64,000 bases of DNA, from the NCBI RefSeq assembly GCF_055900595.2, contig NZ_CM148325.1; one strand, given 5' to 3'. The position numbers and the translations under genes were made by a program. Below the pieces are notes generated by a model, which was given only the letters and a program-made list of their open reading frames with translations, was not told the origin of the DNA and did no database searches. This document shows positions 33,389 to 46,310 of the stretch, piece by piece (position 1 is the stretch's first letter; each line of letters starts with the position of its first letter).

Positions 33389-34258
33389 TTATTTCAGAAC
33401 AGTTTTCAGTGCTTCACCGATATCCGCCAGGCTGCGAACGGTTTTCACGCCTGCGGCTTCCAGAGCAGCGAATTTCTCATCCGCAGTCCCTTTCCCACCG
33501 GCAATGATGGCACCCGCGTGGCCCATACGTTTGCCTTTCGGCGCAGTTACACCAGCGATGTAACCTACAACTGGCTTGGTAACGTGCTCTTTGATGTACG
33601 CAGCCGCTTCTTCTTCAGCGCTACCGCCGATCTCACCGATCATCACGATCGCTTCGGTCTGCGGATCTTTTTCGAACATTTCGAGGATGTCGATAAAGTT
33701 AGAGCCAGGGATCGGGTCGCCGCCGATACCAACACAGGTCGACTGACCGAAACCGTAATCCGTGGTCTGTTTAACCGCTTCATAGGTCAGTGTACCGGAA
33801 CGGGAAACGATACCCACTTTACCCGGTTTGTGAATGTGACCAGGCTGGATGCCGATTTTACATTCACCCGGAGTGATAACGCCCGGGCAGTTCGGGCCGA
33901 TCATACGAACGCCTGCTTCATCCAGTTTCACTTTCACGGTCAGCATATCCAGCGTCGGGATGCCTTCAGTGATGGTGATAATCAGTTTGATGCCTGCGTC
34001 GATGGCTTCCAGAATGGAGTCTTTGCAGAACGGTGCTGGTACGTAGATAACAGAAGCGGTAGCGCCGGTGGCAGCAACGGCTTCACGCACGGTGTTGAAC
34101 ACCGGCAGACCGAGGTGGGTAGTACCGCCTTTACCAGGGGTTACGCCGCCAACCATTTTAGTGCCGTATGCAATGGCCTGTTCAGAGTGGAAAGTCCCCT
34201 GGCTACCAGTAAAGCCCTGGCAGATAACCTTGGTGTTTTTATCAATTAAAATGGACAT
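33389..34258 (-). CDS. sucD: succinyl-CoA synthetase alpha subunit
   Basis: 289 aa ORF matching remembered SucD ([33 protein letters not shown]...). Confidence 0.95.
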
Positions 34259-35424
34259 TATTTCCCCTCCACTGCGGCAACAACCTGCTGAGCTGCATCC
34301 GTCAGACCTTTTGCTGCAATAATATTCAGGCCGCTGTCAGCCAGTTTCTTCGCGCCGAGTTCGGCGTTGTTACCTTCCAGACGTACCACGACCGGTACGT
34401 TAACACCCACTTCCGCTACCGCGCCGATAATACCGTCAGCGATCAGGTCGCAACGAACGATACCACCGAAGATGTTAACCAGAACGGCTTTCACTTTGTC
34501 GTCAGAGAGGATGATTTTGAACGCTTCGGTTACACGTTCTTTGGTTGCGCCACCGCCAACGTCCAGGAAGTTAGCTGGTTCGCCGCCGTGCAGTTTAACG
34601 ATGTCCATCGTACCCATCGCCAGACCTGCGCCGTTAACCATACAACCGATGTTACCATCCAGCGCAACGTAGTTCAGTTCCCACTGTGCAGCCTGTGCTT
34701 CACGTGGATCTTCCTGCGACTGGTCACGCATTTCGCGCAGATCAGGCTGGCGGAACAGTGCGTTGCCATCAGCGCCCAGTTTACCGTCGAGGCAGATCAG
34801 ATCGCCCTGTTTGGTAATAACCAACGGGTTAATTTCGATAAGAGCAAGGTCGCGCTCAAGGAAAATGGTCGCCAGACCCATGAAAATTTTGGTGAACTGT
34901 TGAACCAGTTTACCTTCCAGACCCAGTTTGAACGCCAGCTCACGACCCTGATACGGCATCGGGCCAGTCAGCGGATCAAGCGCAACTTTGTGGATCAGGT
35001 GCGGAGTTTCTTCCGCCACTTTTTCGATTTCCACGCCGCCTTCAGTGGAGGCCATAAAGACCACGCGACGGGAACTACGGTCTACAACGGCACCAAGATA
35101 CAGCTCTTTAGCGATATCGGTCGCTGCTTCAACCAGAATCTGGTTAACCGGTTGGCCATTAGCATCTGTTTGATACGTTACCAGACGCTTGCCCAGCCAG
35201 TTTTCTGCAAAAGCACGGATGTCTTCTTTGCTGTTTACAACTTTCACACCGCCCGCTTTACCGCGGCCACCAGCGTGAACCTGACATTTCACTACCCACG
35301 GACCGGCACCGATTTTTGAAGCGGCTTCTTCTGCTTCGCGCGGAGTAGTACAGGCATAACCCACCGGTGCTGGTAAGCCATAGCGGGCAAACAGTTGTTT
35401 TGCCTGATATTCATGTAAGTTCAT
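34258..35424 (-). CDS. sucC: succinyl-CoA synthetase beta subunit
   Basis: 388 aa ORF matching remembered SucC ([20 protein letters not shown]...). Confidence 0.95.
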
Positions 35425-35507
35425 GTGTTCTGTCCATCCTTCAGTAATCGTTATCTTTTAAACCGTAGACCGAATATTTCGTATCGCTTCCGGGTATTGT
35501 CGGTCAC

Positions 35508-35676
35508 CCGTAGGCCTGATAAGACGCGCAAGCGTCGCATCAGGCATCGCTTGTCGGATGCGGCGCGAGCGCCTTATCCGACCTACATTGATGGTCCCCG
35601 TAGGCCTGATAAGACGCGTCAGCGTCGCATCAGGCTTCAATTGCCGGAGAAAGCGATAATGCCTCATCCGGTCTAC
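35508..35676. repeat. REP/BIME cluster in the sucB-sucC intergenic region
   Basis: Four imperfect palindromes of the gcctgataagacgcg...cgcatcaggc / gccggatgcggcg type. Confidence 0.6.
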
Positions 35677-35698
35677 AGTGCAGGTGAAACTTAAACTA

Positions 35699-36916
35699 CT
35701 ACACGTCCAGCAGCAGACGCGTCGGATCTTCCAGCAACTCTTTGATCGTTACCAGGAAGCCCACGGACTCGCGACCATCGATCAGACGGTGATCGTAGGA
35801 CAGCGCCAGGTACATCATCGGCAGGATCTCAACCTGACCATTCACTGCCATCGGACGATCTTTGATAGCGTGCATACCCAGAATTGCGCTCTGCGGCGGG
35901 TTGATGATAGGCGTAGACATCAGGGAACCGAACACACCACCGTTGGTGATGGTAAAGTTACCACCGGTCAGATCTTCAACCGTCAGCTTGCCGTCACGGC
36001 CTTTAACTGCCAGCTCTTTAATTTTCTTCTCGATGTCTGCCATGCCGAGGGTATCGACATCACGCAGAACCGGCGTCACCAGGCCGCGCGGCGTAGATAC
36101 CGCCATGCTGACGTCGAAATAGTTGTGGTAAACCACATCATCGCCGTCGATAGAAGCATTCACTTCCGGGTAACGTTTCAGGGCTTCAACCACCGCTTTC
36201 ACGTAGAAGGACATAAAGCCCAGACGGATGCCGTGACGTTTTTCAAACGCTTCACCATACTGCTTACGCAGATCCATAATCGGCTTCATGTTGACTTCGT
36301 TGAACGTGGTCAGCATGGCGGTGGAGTTTTTCGCTTCCAGCAGACGCTCTGCCACACGCTTACGCAGGCGAGTCATCGGAACACGTTTTTCGCTACGTGC
36401 AGCCAGAGCCGGTTGCGCCGCCGTAGTAGCTGCTGCCGGTGCAGACTCTTTCGCCGGGGCTTTCGCCAGATGTTTTTCCACATCTTCACGGGTCAGACGA
36501 CCACCTACACCGGTGCCTTTAATGGCGCTGGCATCAAGATTGTGTTCAGCCAAAAGGCGACGGATCGCCGGGCTTAAGGCATCGTTGTTTTGCTCTTCCA
36601 GAGACGCCTGTTGGCGTTGTGCCGGAGTTGACGCTTTCTCTTCAGCTTTAGCGCTGGTTTCTTTACCGGCGCTGTTGCCTTCACGCAGGCGACCAAGGAT
36701 CTGACGAGACGTTACGGTTGTACCTTCATCTTCCAGAACCGCATCCAGAATGCCGTCTGCTGATGCCGGTACTTCCAGTACCACTTTGTCAGTTTCGATT
36801 TCTACCAGCACTTCATCACGTACGACTGCGTCGCCGGGTTTTTTATGCCAGGTTGCGACGGTGGCATCGGCTACGGATTCAGGCAGGTCAGGGACCAGAA
36901 TATCTACGCTACTCAT
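35699..36916 (-). CDS. sucB: 2-oxoglutarate dehydrogenase E2 (dihydrolipoyl succinyltransferase)
   Basis: 405 aa ORF with lipoyl domain, Ala/Pro linker and catalytic domain (DHRLIDG). Confidence 0.95.
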   Translation of the reverse strand: MSSVDILVPDLPESVADATVATWHKKPGDAVVRDEVLVEIETDKVVLEVPASADGILDAVLEDEGTTVTSRQILGRLREGNSAGKETSAKAEEKASTPAQRQQASLEEQNNDALSPAIRRLLAEHNLDASAIKGTGVGGRLTREDVEKHLAKAPAKESAPAAATTAAQPALAARSEKRVPMTRLRKRVAERLLEAKNSTAMLTTFNEVNMKPIMDLRKQYGEAFEKRHGIRLGFMSFYVKAVVEALKRYPEVNASIDGDDVVYHNYFDVSMAVSTPRGLVTPVLRDVDTLGMADIEKKIKELAVKGRDGKLTVEDLTGGNFTITNGGVFGSLMSTPIINPPQSAILGMHAIKDRPMAVNGQVEILPMMYLALSYDHRLIDGRESVGFLVTIKELLEDPTRLLLDV

Positions 36917-36930
36917 TGTGTATCCTTTAT

Positions 36931-39732
36931 TTATTCGACGTTCAGCGCGTCATTAACCAGATCTTGTTGCTGTTTCTGGTGAACGGACATATACCCTACC
37001 GCCGGAGAGGCGGAGGCCGGGCGGCCTGCATAACGCAGAGAAGCCCCAAACGGAATCACTTCACGGAAATGATGCTGGCTGCAGTACCATGCGCCCTGGT
37101 TGAGCGGCTCTTCCTGGCACCAGACAAAATCCTTGACGTGAGCAAACTGCTGCAACACTTCCTGCATCGCTTTATGCGGGAACGGGTAGAGTTGCTCGAT
37201 ACGCACAATGGCGACATCGTGTTGATTGTTCTTACGGCGTTGTTCCAGCAGGTCGTAATAAACCTTACCAGAACACATCACTACGCGCTTCACACCCTTA
37301 GGATCAAGCTCGTCGATTTCACCAATGGCAGGCAGGAAGGTGCCGTTCGCCAGTTCTTCGAGGCTGGAAACCGCCAGCGGATGACGCAGCAGGGATTTCG
37401 GCGACATCACCACCAGCGGACGACGCATCCCGCGCAGCGCCTGACGACGCAGCATGTGGTAAACCTGTGCCGGGGTAGACGGTACGCACACCTGCATGTT
37501 TTGTTCAGCACAAAGTTGCAGATAACGTTCCAGACGCGCGGAGGAGTGCTCCGGCCCCTGCCCTTCGTAACCGTGCGGCAGCAACATCACCAGGCCACAC
37601 ATCCGACCCCATTTCTGTTCGCCAGAGGAGATGAACTGGTCGATAACCACCTGCGCACCGTTAGCGAAGTCACCAAACTGCGCTTCCCAGATAGTCAGCG
37701 TGCGCGGCTCTGCGGTGGCATAACCGTATTCAAACGCCAGCACTGCTTCTTCAGACAGTACGGAGTCCCAGACGCGGAACGCGCCCTGACCATTATGGAT
37801 ATGTTGCAGCGGCGTGTAAGTAGAACCGTTGGACTGGTTGTGGATCACCGCATGACGATGGAAGAAGGTACCGCGACCGGAGTCTTCACCCGACAGGCGG
37901 ACCGGAATGCCTTCATCAACCAACGTGGCGTAAGCGAGGTTTTCCGCGCCGCCCCAGTCGAACAGTTTCTCACCGGCAGCCATTGCCTGGCGATCGCCAT
38001 AAATCTTGGCAACGCGAGACTGCATTTCAACCGCTTCCGGCACCGTACTGATACGTTTAGCCAGTTCCTGCAGGCGCTTCATCTCAACTTTGTTCGGGTA
38101 CTCTTCGTCCCATTCGTGGTTGAGGTACGGCGACCAGGTGAAAGAGTGCATGTTCATCGGACGCCACTCTGCTACCACGCAATCGCCAGCATCCAGCGCA
38201 TCGCGATACAGGTTAACCATCTCAGTGGCATCTTCCAGCGTCGCGACCTTTTCCTGCTCCAGCTTGTCAGCGTAGATTTTGCGCGGCGTCGGATGTTTTT
38301 TGATTTTCTGATACATCAGCGGCTGAGTTGCACTCGGCTCGTCGGCTTCGTTGTGGCCGTGACGGCGGTAGCACACCAGGTCGATGAAGACATCACGTTT
38401 AAAGGTGTTACGGAAATCGAGCGCCAGACGGGTCACAAAGGCAACGGCTTCCGGATCATCCGCATTAACGTGGAAAATCGGTGCCTGTACCATCTTGCCG
38501 ATATCAGTACAGTACGGCGTAGAACGGGCATCCAGCGGGTTAGAGGTGGTGAAGCCAACCTGGTTGTTGATAACGATACGTACCGTACCGCCAACTTCAT
38601 AACCACGCGCTTTCGACATGTTCAGAGTTTCCTGAACCACGCCCTGCCCGGTCACTGCGGCATCACCGTGGATGGTGATTGGCAGCACTTTGTTGCTGCT
38701 CGGCTCATCGAGTCTGTCCAGACGGGCGCGAACAGAACCGATAACTACCGGGCTTACAATCTCAAGGTGAGACGGGTTAAACGCCAGCGCCAGGTGAACC
38801 AGGCCGCCATCGGTCTGGAAGTCAGACGAGAAGCCCATGTGGTATTTCACGTCGCCCGTGCCGAGGTGTTCTTTATGTTTACCGGCAAATTCGTCGAACA
38901 AGTCTTGCGGTTTTTTACCCAGCACGTTAACCAGCACGTTCAGACGACCACGGTGCGCCATCCCGAGAACCACTTCACGGGTGCCGCTATTGCCAGCATG
39001 GCGGATCATCTCTTTAAGCATCGGGATTAACGCGTCACCGCCTTCCAGCGAGAAGCGTTTTGCGCCAGGGAATTTTGCGCCGAGGTAACGTTCGAGGCCT
39101 TCAGCGGCGGTCAGTTCGCTTAAGAAGCGTTTTTTCTCTTCGCTATTGAAAGTCGCGCGACCAGACTCGATACGCTGTTGGATCCAGCGTTTTTCTTCGG
39201 TGCTGGTAATGTGCATGTACTCGGCACCAATCGGGCCGCAGTAGGTTTGCTTGAGGGCTTCCAGCAGCTCGCCGAGTTTCATGGTTTCTTTGCCGCTGGC
39301 AAATGAACCGACGTTGAAGGTCTCCTGGAAGTCTGCTTCGGTCAGATCGTGGAAAGACGGATCCAGATCGGCCACTTTATCTTGCTGCCACAGTCCCAGC
39401 GGATCGAGATTCGCATGCTGGTGACCGCGGAAGCGGTATGCGTTAATGAGCTGCAGGACTTTAACCTGCTTCACATTGGTGTCAGGGTCGGAGATCGTTG
39501 AAGAGTAACGTGAAGCGTCTTTCGCCAGGCGGCGGAAATATTCACGCGTTTGAGAGTGGAATTGATCCGGTTTGACTCCCGTACCAGGTAACTGCTGGAA
39601 CGTCGAACGCCAGTTAGCGTCAACCGAGTCAGGATCGGTTAAGAAGTCTTCATAGAGCTGTTCTATCCAGCTCTGGTTTGCGCCAGAGAGGTAAGAAGAG
39701 TCCAACCAGGCTTTCAAAGCGCTGTTCTGCAT
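36931..39732 (-). CDS. sucA: 2-oxoglutarate dehydrogenase E1 component
   Basis: 933 aa ORF matching remembered SucA ([31 protein letters not shown]...). Confidence 0.95.
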   Translation of the reverse strand: MQNSALKAWLDSSYLSGANQSWIEQLYEDFLTDPDSVDANWRSTFQQLPGTGVKPDQFHSQTREYFRRLAKDASRYSSTISDPDTNVKQVKVLQLINAYRFRGHQHANLDPLGLWQQDKVADLDPSFHDLTEADFQETFNVGSFASGKETMKLGELLEALKQTYCGPIGAEYMHITSTEEKRWIQQRIESGRATFNSEEKKRFLSELTAAEGLERYLGAKFPGAKRFSLEGGDALIPMLKEMIRHAGNSGTREVVLGMAHRGRLNVLVNVLGKKPQDLFDEFAGKHKEHLGTGDVKYHMGFSSDFQTDGGLVHLALAFNPSHLEIVSPVVIGSVRARLDRLDEPSSNKVLPITIHGDAAVTGQGVVQETLNMSKARGYEVGGTVRIVINNQVGFTTSNPLDARSTPYCTDIGKMVQAPIFHVNADDPEAVAFVTRLALDFRNTFKRDVFIDLVCYRRHGHNEADEPSATQPLMYQKIKKHPTPRKIYADKLEQEKVATLEDATEMVNLYRDALDAGDCVVAEWRPMNMHSFTWSPYLNHEWDEEYPNKVEMKRLQELAKRISTVPEAVEMQSRVAKIYGDRQAMAAGEKLFDWGGAENLAYATLVDEGIPVRLSGEDSGRGTFFHRHAVIHNQSNGSTYTPLQHIHNGQGAFRVWDSVLSEEAVLAFEYGYATAEPRTLTIWEAQFGDFANGAQVVIDQFISSGEQKWGRMCGLVMLLPHGYEGQGPEHSSARLERYLQLCAEQNMQVCVPSTPAQVYHMLRRQALRGMRRPLVVMSPKSLLRHPLAVSSLEELANGTFLPAIGEIDELDPKGVKRVVMCSGKVYYDLLEQRRKNNQHDVAIVRIEQLYPFPHKAMQEVLQQFAHVKDFVWCQEEPLNQGAWYCSQHHFREVIPFGASLRYAGRPASASPAVGYMSVHQKQQQDLVNDALNVE

Positions 39733-39893
39733 CGTGATCCCTTAAGCATCTTTTTTATGCTTACTTCGCCGTGGATACTACCACGCACAGTGATGTGCGT
39801 GCCGGGGTTCACTTGCGAGCTCTTGTCTACGTAGTGGCTCGCGAAGGAACCTTTAAAAACTGTCTTAGTGTCAGGGGCAGTTTTTAAAGATTT

Positions 39894-40078
39894 CCTGCAT
39901 TTCTTTTGTAGGCCGGATAACGCATTCACGCCGCATCCGGCGCTGTTTGCCTGATGCGACGCTTGCGCGTCTTATCAGGCCTACGATTCCTGCATTTCTT
40001 TTGTAGGCCGGATAACGCATTCACGCCGCATCCGGCACTGTTTGCCTGATGCGACGCTTGCGCGTCTTATCAGGCCTG
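39894..40078. repeat. two tandem copies of a ~95 bp REP-containing unit (sucA-sdhB intergenic)
   Basis: tcctgcatttcttttgtaggccggataacgcattcacgccgcatccggc...gcctgatgcgacgcttgcgcgtcttatcaggcct occurs twice head-to-tail with single-base differences. Confidence 0.6.
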
Positions 40079-40081
40079 GGT

Positions 40082-40798
40082 TTACGCATTACGCTGCAAC
40101 AACATCGACTTGATATGGCCGATGGCGCGCGTCGGGTTCAGCCCCTTCGGACATACACTGACGCAGTTCATGATGCTGTGACAGCGGAATACGCTGAATG
40201 CATCGCTCAAACCGTCGAGGCGGCTGTCAGTCTCGGTATCACGGCTATCGATCAGGAAACGATATGCCGCTAACAAGCCTGCCGGGCCGATAAACTTATC
40301 GGGATTCCACCAGAAAGACGGACAAGAGGTTGAACAACATGCGCAGAGAATACATTCATACAGCCCGTCGAGTTTTTCGCGCTGCTCTGGCATCTGTAAA
40401 TGCTCGCGAGCTGGCGGATTTTGTCCATTATTCAACAGGTAAGGCTTAATTTTCTCATATTGCGCATAGAATTGTCCCATGTCTACCACCAAATCGCGGA
40501 TCACCGGTAAACCTGGCAGCGGGCGAATCACAATCTTCTTGCCCGGCTGGTTGAGTGCCGAAATCGGGGTAATACAGGCCAGACCATTCTTACCGTTCAT
40601 GTTCAGACCGTCGGAACCGCACACACCTTCACGGCAGGAACGACGGAACGACAGGCTGGGATCTTTCTCTTTCAACTGGATAAGCGCATCCAGCAGCATC
40701 ATGTCGCGACCTTCTTCCGCTTCCAGGGTGTAATCCTGCATACGCGGAGCATCATCAACATCCGGGTTATAGCGATAAATTGAAAACTCGAGTCTCAT
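40082..40798 (-). CDS. sdhB: succinate dehydrogenase iron-sulfur subunit
   Basis: 238 aa ORF with Cys clusters typical of SdhB. Confidence 0.95.
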   Translation of the reverse strand: MRLEFSIYRYNPDVDDAPRMQDYTLEAEEGRDMMLLDALIQLKEKDPSLSFRRSCREGVCGSDGLNMNGKNGLACITPISALNQPGKKIVIRPLPGLPVIRDLVVDMGQFYAQYEKIKPYLLNNGQNPPAREHLQMPEQREKLDGLYECILCACCSTSCPSFWWNPDKFIGPAGLLAAYRFLIDSRDTETDSRLDGLSDAFSVFRCHSIMNCVSVCPKGLNPTRAIGHIKSMLLQRNA

Positions 40799-40813
40799 TT
40801 TCCTGTCTCCGCA

Positions 40814-42580
40814 TTAGTAAGTACGAATCTTCGGCGGGAATGCCGGGCGCAGTTTCGGTTCCATGTTGACGCTTCGGCGCGTCATGGATTCCGACTCTGG
40901 CAGATACAGGGAGTGGCACAGCCAGTTTTCATCATCACGATCCGGGAAGTCGAAGCGGCTATGCGCGCCACGGCTTTCGGTACGGAAGTTGGCAGAAACA
41001 GCCGTTGCATACGCCGTTTCCATCAGGTTATCCAGTTCCAGGCATTCAACGCGCTGGGTGTTGAACTCGCTGGAAGTGTCATCCAGACGGGCATTTTTCA
41101 AACGCTCACGGATCACTTTCAACTGCTCAAGCCCTTTTGCCATCGCATCACCTTCACGGAAGACCGAGAAGTTATGCTGCATACATTCTTGCAGTGCTTT
41201 ACGAATCGCCACCGGATCTTCACCATTACGGTTGTTGTTCCAGCGATTCAGGCGATCCAGAGACGCTTCAACATCAGACTCGCTGGCATCGCGCAGTGCG
41301 CCCTGCTCGGCAATAGACTCTTGCAGATGCAGGCCCGCTGCGCGACCAAAGACCACCAGGTCCAGCAGCGAGTTACCGCCAAGACGGTTAGCGCCGTGTA
41401 CCGAAACACAAGCGATTTCACCTACCGCGAACAGCCCCGGAACAACCACATCTTCGCCTTTCTCGTTCACCGTCAGCGCCTGACCGGTCACTTTGGTCGG
41501 AATACCGCCCATCATGTAGTGACAGGTTGGGATAACCGGAATCGGCTCTTTCACCGGATCGACGTGTGCGAAGGTACGGGAGAGTTCAAGGATACCCGGC
41601 AGACGGGATTCGAGAACTTCTTTACCCAGGTGGTCGAGTTTCAGTTTTGCATGTGGCCCCCACGGACCATCACAGCCGCGACCTTCACGGATTTCGATCA
41701 TGATGGAACGCGCCACCACGTCACGGCCCGCCAGGTCTTTGGCGTTCGGCGCATAACGCTCCATAAAGCGTTCGCCATGTTTGTTCAGCAGGTAACCGCC
41801 TTCACCACGGCAACCTTCGGTGACCAGTACGCCCGCACCTGCTATACCGGTCGGGTGGAACTGCCACATTTCCATATCCTGCACAGGTACACCTGCACGG
41901 ATAGCCATACCGACGCCGTCGCCGGTGTTAATGTGCGCGTTGGTGGTGGACTGATAAATACGCCCTGCCCCGCCGGTTGCCAGCACAGTCGCACGGGCTT
42001 TGAAGTAAACCACTTCACCGGTTTCGATGCACAGTGCGGTACAACCAACTACCGCGCCATCCTGGTTCTTCACCAGATCCAGCGCATACCACTCGGAGAA
42101 AATGGTGGTGTGGTTTTTCAGGTTCTGCTGATAAAGCGTGTGCAACAGTGCGTGACCGGTACGGTCAGCTGCCGCCGCAGTACGTGCCGCTTGCTCGCCA
42201 CCGAAGTTTTTCGACTGGCCGCCAAACGGACGTTGATAGATACGACCATCATCAAGACGCGAGAACGGTAGCCCCATGTGTTCCAGTTCCAGAATCGCTT
42301 CCGGCCCGGTTTTACACATATATTCAATCGCGTCCTGGTCACCGATATAGTCCGACCCTTTTACGGTGTCGTACATATGCCATTCCCAGTTATCTTCATG
42401 GGTATTACCCAGCGCAACGGTAATGCCGCCTTGCGCAGAAACGGTATGGGAACGGGTCGGGAAGACTTTGGAGAGCAGCGCACAGGTTTGGCCGCTCTGG
42501 GAAATTTGCAGCGCCGCGCGCATACCTGCGCCACCGGCACCAATCACAACTGCATCAAATTCTCTGACTGGCAATTTCAT
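40814..42580 (-). CDS. sdhA: succinate dehydrogenase flavoprotein subunit
   Basis: Start placed at [24 protein letters not shown] (FAD-binding GxGxxG); the ORF extends 4 codons upstream. Confidence 0.95.
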   Translation of the reverse strand: MKLPVREFDAVVIGAGGAGMRAALQISQSGQTCALLSKVFPTRSHTVSAQGGITVALGNTHEDNWEWHMYDTVKGSDYIGDQDAIEYMCKTGPEAILELEHMGLPFSRLDDGRIYQRPFGGQSKNFGGEQAARTAAAADRTGHALLHTLYQQNLKNHTTIFSEWYALDLVKNQDGAVVGCTALCIETGEVVYFKARATVLATGGAGRIYQSTTNAHINTGDGVGMAIRAGVPVQDMEMWQFHPTGIAGAGVLVTEGCRGEGGYLLNKHGERFMERYAPNAKDLAGRDVVARSIMIEIREGRGCDGPWGPHAKLKLDHLGKEVLESRLPGILELSRTFAHVDPVKEPIPVIPTCHYMMGGIPTKVTGQALTVNEKGEDVVVPGLFAVGEIACVSVHGANRLGGNSLLDLVVFGRAAGLHLQESIAEQGALRDASESDVEASLDRLNRWNNNRNGEDPVAIRKALQECMQHNFSVFREGDAMAKGLEQLKVIRERLKNARLDDTSSEFNTQRVECLELDNLMETAYATAVSANFRTESRGAHSRFDFPDRDDENWLCHSLYLPESESMTRRSVNMEPKLRPAFPPKIRTY

Positions 42581-42927
42581 CACACACCCCACACCACAAC
42601 GAATCCATAAATCACGTAAACCACCAGTGCAACGACAATCACCAGTTGCAGCATCAGGCGCAAGGCCAGCGGTTTAACGTAGTCGGTCAACACCTGCCAC
42701 ATGCCGATCCAGGCATGGATCAAGATAGAAAACAGCGCCAGCAGGGTGAACACTTTGGTGAACGCAGAGGCGAAGAAACCAATCCAGACTTCATATGTCA
42801 GCTCGCCACTGGTAGCGAAAAAACCGACCATATAAATGATGTAAAGCGTCAGGACGATAGCGGTAGCGCGAACGAGGATGAAATCATGTACGCCATTGCG
42901 TCCTAATGCGGAGGCGTTGCTTACCAT
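42580..42927 (-). CDS. sdhD: succinate dehydrogenase membrane anchor subunit
   Basis: 115 aa hydrophobic ORF between sdhC and sdhA. Confidence 0.9.
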
Positions 42928-43310
42928 ACGAGGACTCCTGCGAGAAGTGAAAGCACGACAGTAATAACAAAGGAGATTTTGGCGGAGCGTTTACCCGCTT
43001 CGAATGTTTCTTCCAGATAGCCAAAATCCATCATCATGTGGCGAATACCTACGACGACGTGATACGCCAGAGCGGTAAGGATGCCCCACATGATAAATTT
43101 GACGAAGAAGCTGCCCATAATCGCGGAAGCTTGCTCGAAACCTTCAGGGGAAGAGAGGCTGGTACCCAGAAGCCACAGCAGGATGCCCACTGCAACAAAG
43201 GTGATCACACCGGAAACGCGATGGAGAATGGACGCTATCGCCGTGACGGGGAACCGGATGGTCTGTAGGTCCAGATTAACAGGTCTTTGTTTTTTCACAT
43301 TTCTTATCAT
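42921..43310 (-). CDS. sdhC: succinate dehydrogenase cytochrome b556 subunit
   Basis: Start placed at [15 protein letters not shown] to give the remembered 129 aa SdhC. Confidence 0.9.
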
Positions 43311-44018
43311 GAATAACGCCCACATGCTGTTCTTATTATTCCCTGGGGACTACGGGCACAGAGGTTAACTTTCTGTTACCTGGAGACGTCGGGATTTCCT
43401 TCCTCCGGTCTGCTTGCGGGTCAGACAGCGTCCTTTCTATAACTGCGCGTCATGCAAAACACTGCTTCCAGATGCGAAAACGACACGTTACAACGCTGGG
43501 TGGCTCGGGATTGCAGGGTGTTCCGGAGACCTGGCGGCAGTATAGGCCGTTCACAAAATCATTACAATTAACCTACATATAGTTTGTCGGGTTTTATCCC
43601 GAACAGTGATCTGGGTCACGATAACAACATTTATTTAATTTTTAATCATCTAATTTGACAATCATTCAACAAAGTTGTTACAAACATCACTAGGAAAAGC
43701 ATATAATGCGTAAAAGTTATGAAGTCAGTATTTCACCTAAGATTAACTTATGTAACAGTGTGGAAGTATTGACCAATTCATTCGGGACAGTTATTAGTGG
43801 TAGACAAGTTTAATAATTCGGATTGCTAAGTACTTGATTCGCCATTTATTCGTCATCAATGGATCCTTTACCTGCAAGCGCCCAGAGCTCTGTACCCAGG
43901 TTTTCCCCTCTTTCACAGAGCGGCGAGCCAAATAACAAACGGGTAAAGCCAGGTTGATGTGCGAAGGCAAATTTAAGTTCCGGCAGTCTTACGCAATAAG
44001 GCGCTAAGGAGACCTTAA

Positions 44019-45302
44019 ATGGCTGATACAAAAGCAAAACTCACCCTCAACGGGGATACAGCTGTTGAACTGGATGTGCTGAAAGGCACGCTGGGTCAAG
44101 ACGTTATTGATATCCGTACTCTCGGTTCAAAAGGTGTGTTCACCTTTGACCCAGGCTTCACTTCAACCGCATCCTGCGAATCTAAAATTACTTTTATTGA
44201 TGGTGATGAAGGTATTTTGCTGCACCGCGGTTTCCCGATCGATCAGCTGGCGACCGATTCTAACTACCTGGAAGTTTGTTACATCCTGCTGAATGGTGAA
44301 AAACCAACTCAGGAACAGTATGACGAATTTAAAACGACGGTGACCCGTCATACCATGATCCACGAGCAGATTACCCGTCTGTTCCATGCTTTCCGTCGCG
44401 ACTCGCATCCAATGGCAGTCATGTGTGGTATTACCGGCGCGCTGGCGGCGTTCTATCACGACTCGCTGGATGTTAACAATCCTCGTCATCGTGAAATTGC
44501 CGCGTTCCGCCTGCTGTCAAAAATGCCGACCATGGCCGCGATGTGTTACAAGTATTCCATTGGTCAGCCATTCGTTTACCCGCGCAACGATCTCTCCTAT
44601 GCCGGTAACTTCCTGAATATGATGTTCTCCACGCCGTGCGAACCGTATGAAGTTAATCCGATTCTGGAACGTGCTATGGACCGTATTCTGATCCTGCACG
44701 CTGACCATGAACAGAACGCCTCTACCTCCACCGTGCGTACCGCTGGCTCTTCGGGGGCGAACCCGTTTGCCTGTATCGCAGCAGGTATTGCTTCACTGTG
44801 GGGACCTGCGCACGGTGGTGCTAACGAAGCAGCGCTGAAAATGCTGGAAGAAATCAGCTCCGTTAAACACATTCCGGAATTTGTTCGTCGTGCGAAAGAC
44901 AAGAATGACTCTTTCCGCCTGATGGGCTTCGGTCACCGCGTGTACAAAAACTACGACCCGCGCGCCACCGTCATGCGTGAAACCTGCCACGAAGTCCTGA
45001 AAGAGCTGGGCACGAAGGATGACCTGCTGGAAGTAGCTATGGAGCTGGAAAATATCGCGCTGAACGACCCGTACTTTATTGAGAAAAAACTGTACCCTAA
45101 CGTCGATTTCTACTCTGGTATCATCCTGAAAGCGATGGGTATTCCGTCTTCCATGTTCACCGTCATATTCGCTATGGCACGTACAGTTGGCTGGATCGCC
45201 CACTGGAGCGAAATGCACAGTGATGGCATGAAGATTGCCCGTCCACGTCAGCTGTATACCGGCTATGAAAAACGCGATTTTAAAAGCGACATCAAACGTT
45301 AA
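44019..45302 (+). CDS. gltA: citrate synthase
   Basis: 427 aa ORF matching remembered GltA ([33 protein letters not shown]...); divergent from sdhC across a ~700 bp regulatory region. Confidence 0.95.
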   Translation: MADTKAKLTLNGDTAVELDVLKGTLGQDVIDIRTLGSKGVFTFDPGFTSTASCESKITFIDGDEGILLHRGFPIDQLATDSNYLEVCYILLNGEKPTQEQYDEFKTTVTRHTMIHEQITRLFHAFRRDSHPMAVMCGITGALAAFYHDSLDVNNPRHREIAAFRLLSKMPTMAAMCYKYSIGQPFVYPRNDLSYAGNFLNMMFSTPCEPYEVNPILERAMDRILILHADHEQNASTSTVRTAGSSGANPFACIAAGIASLWGPAHGGANEAALKMLEEISSVKHIPEFVRRAKDKNDSFRLMGFGHRVYKNYDPRATVMRETCHEVLKELGTKDDLLEVAMELENIALNDPYFIEKKLYPNVDFYSGIILKAMGIPSSMFTVIFAMARTVGWIAHWSEMHSDGMKIARPRQLYTGYEKRDFKSDIKR

Positions 45303-45331
45303 CTGCTGATTCCTAAGCTGTAAATTCTGTT

Positions 45332-45362
45332 AACCCGCCTTTAAAAGGCGGGTTAATTTTTA
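45332..45362 (+). terminator. intrinsic terminator after gltA
   Basis: aacccgcc-tttaaaa-ggcgggtt hairpin followed by aattttta. Confidence 0.55.
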
Positions 45363-45694
45363 TCTACCTGAACACAAAAAAATGTAAAAATAAAATTAAT
45401 TAACCGGCTGACATTAATATTGCAAAATAATAGAATTGTTCATTTTATCGGCAAAATAATAAATTTTAATTAAGGTATCTGCTTTTAGTTACATTTATAA
45501 CCTCATGAAAATGAGGTATATCTCTCTCATTCCCCCCGATAACATTCATTAAATTATTAATTCATCACATCAATTAGTTAACCTTGCATTTAATATAATT
45601 AATAATATTTTTAAGTAAAACTAAAAACATTCGACAATCAAATAAGATATTCTGATATCGCTATACTTTTTCTATTTCTGTAAAGGACTCAGTT

Positions 45695-46261
45695 ATGTTT
45701 AAAGGACAAAAAACATTGGCCGCATTGGCCGTATCTCTGTTATTCACTGCACCGGTTTATGCAGCTGATGAAGGTTCTGGTGAAATTCACTTTAAAGGTG
45801 AGGTTATAGAAGCACCATGTGAAATACATCATGATGATATTGATAAAGAAATTGAGCTAGGTCAGGTGACCACCAGCCACATTAATCAGTCTCATCACAG
45901 CGATGCGGTTGCTGTCGACCTGCGTTTAATCAACTGCGACCTGGAAAACTCTAATAACGGTTCCGGTGGCAAGATTTCCAAAGTTGCGGTCACCTTCGAT
46001 AGCTCAGCGAAAACCACTGGCGCAGATCCGATACTCAACAATACCAGCACTGGCGAAGCCACCGGTGTCGGCGTGCGTTTAATGAATAAGGATCAAAGCA
46101 ATATCATTTTAGGCACTGCTTCTCCGGATATCGACCTCGCACCAACGTCCAGTGAACAAACACTGAACTTCTTTGCCTGGATGGAACAAATTGATCAAGC
46201 GACACCAGTAACGGCAGGGGCTGTTACAGCGAATGCAACCTACGTACTGGATTATAAATAA
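45695..46261 (+). CDS. ybgD: fimbrial major subunit (chaperone-usher type)
   Basis: 188 aa ORF with signal peptide and fimbrial subunit architecture; AT-rich upstream region. Confidence 0.85.
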   Translation: MFKGQKTLAALAVSLLFTAPVYAADEGSGEIHFKGEVIEAPCEIHHDDIDKEIELGQVTTSHINQSHHSDAVAVDLRLINCDLENSNNGSGGKISKVAVTFDSSAKTTGADPILNNTSTGEATGVGVRLMNKDQSNIILGTASPDIDLAPTSSEQTLNFFAWMEQIDQATPVTAGAVTANATYVLDYK

Positions 46262-46310
46262 GCGTTATTGGGCGGCATCACTGCCGCCTTTCTTAAAATA
46301 TTTATCTGGT

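Noticed and set aside
36718-39030. Very long (770 aa) ORF antisense to sucA
   Set aside because: Lies entirely within the well-supported sucA CDS on the opposite strand; the translation is low-complexity (R/H/V/F-rich) with no start-site signals; a typical stop-poor antisense frame of a highly expressed gene.
40913-42271. 452 aa ORF antisense to sdhA
   Set aside because: Wholly inside sdhA on the opposite strand with no independent support; the same reasoning applies to the antisense ORFs inside sucD (33518..34249), sucC (34588..35319), sucB (35678..36577) and cydA (16183..17121).
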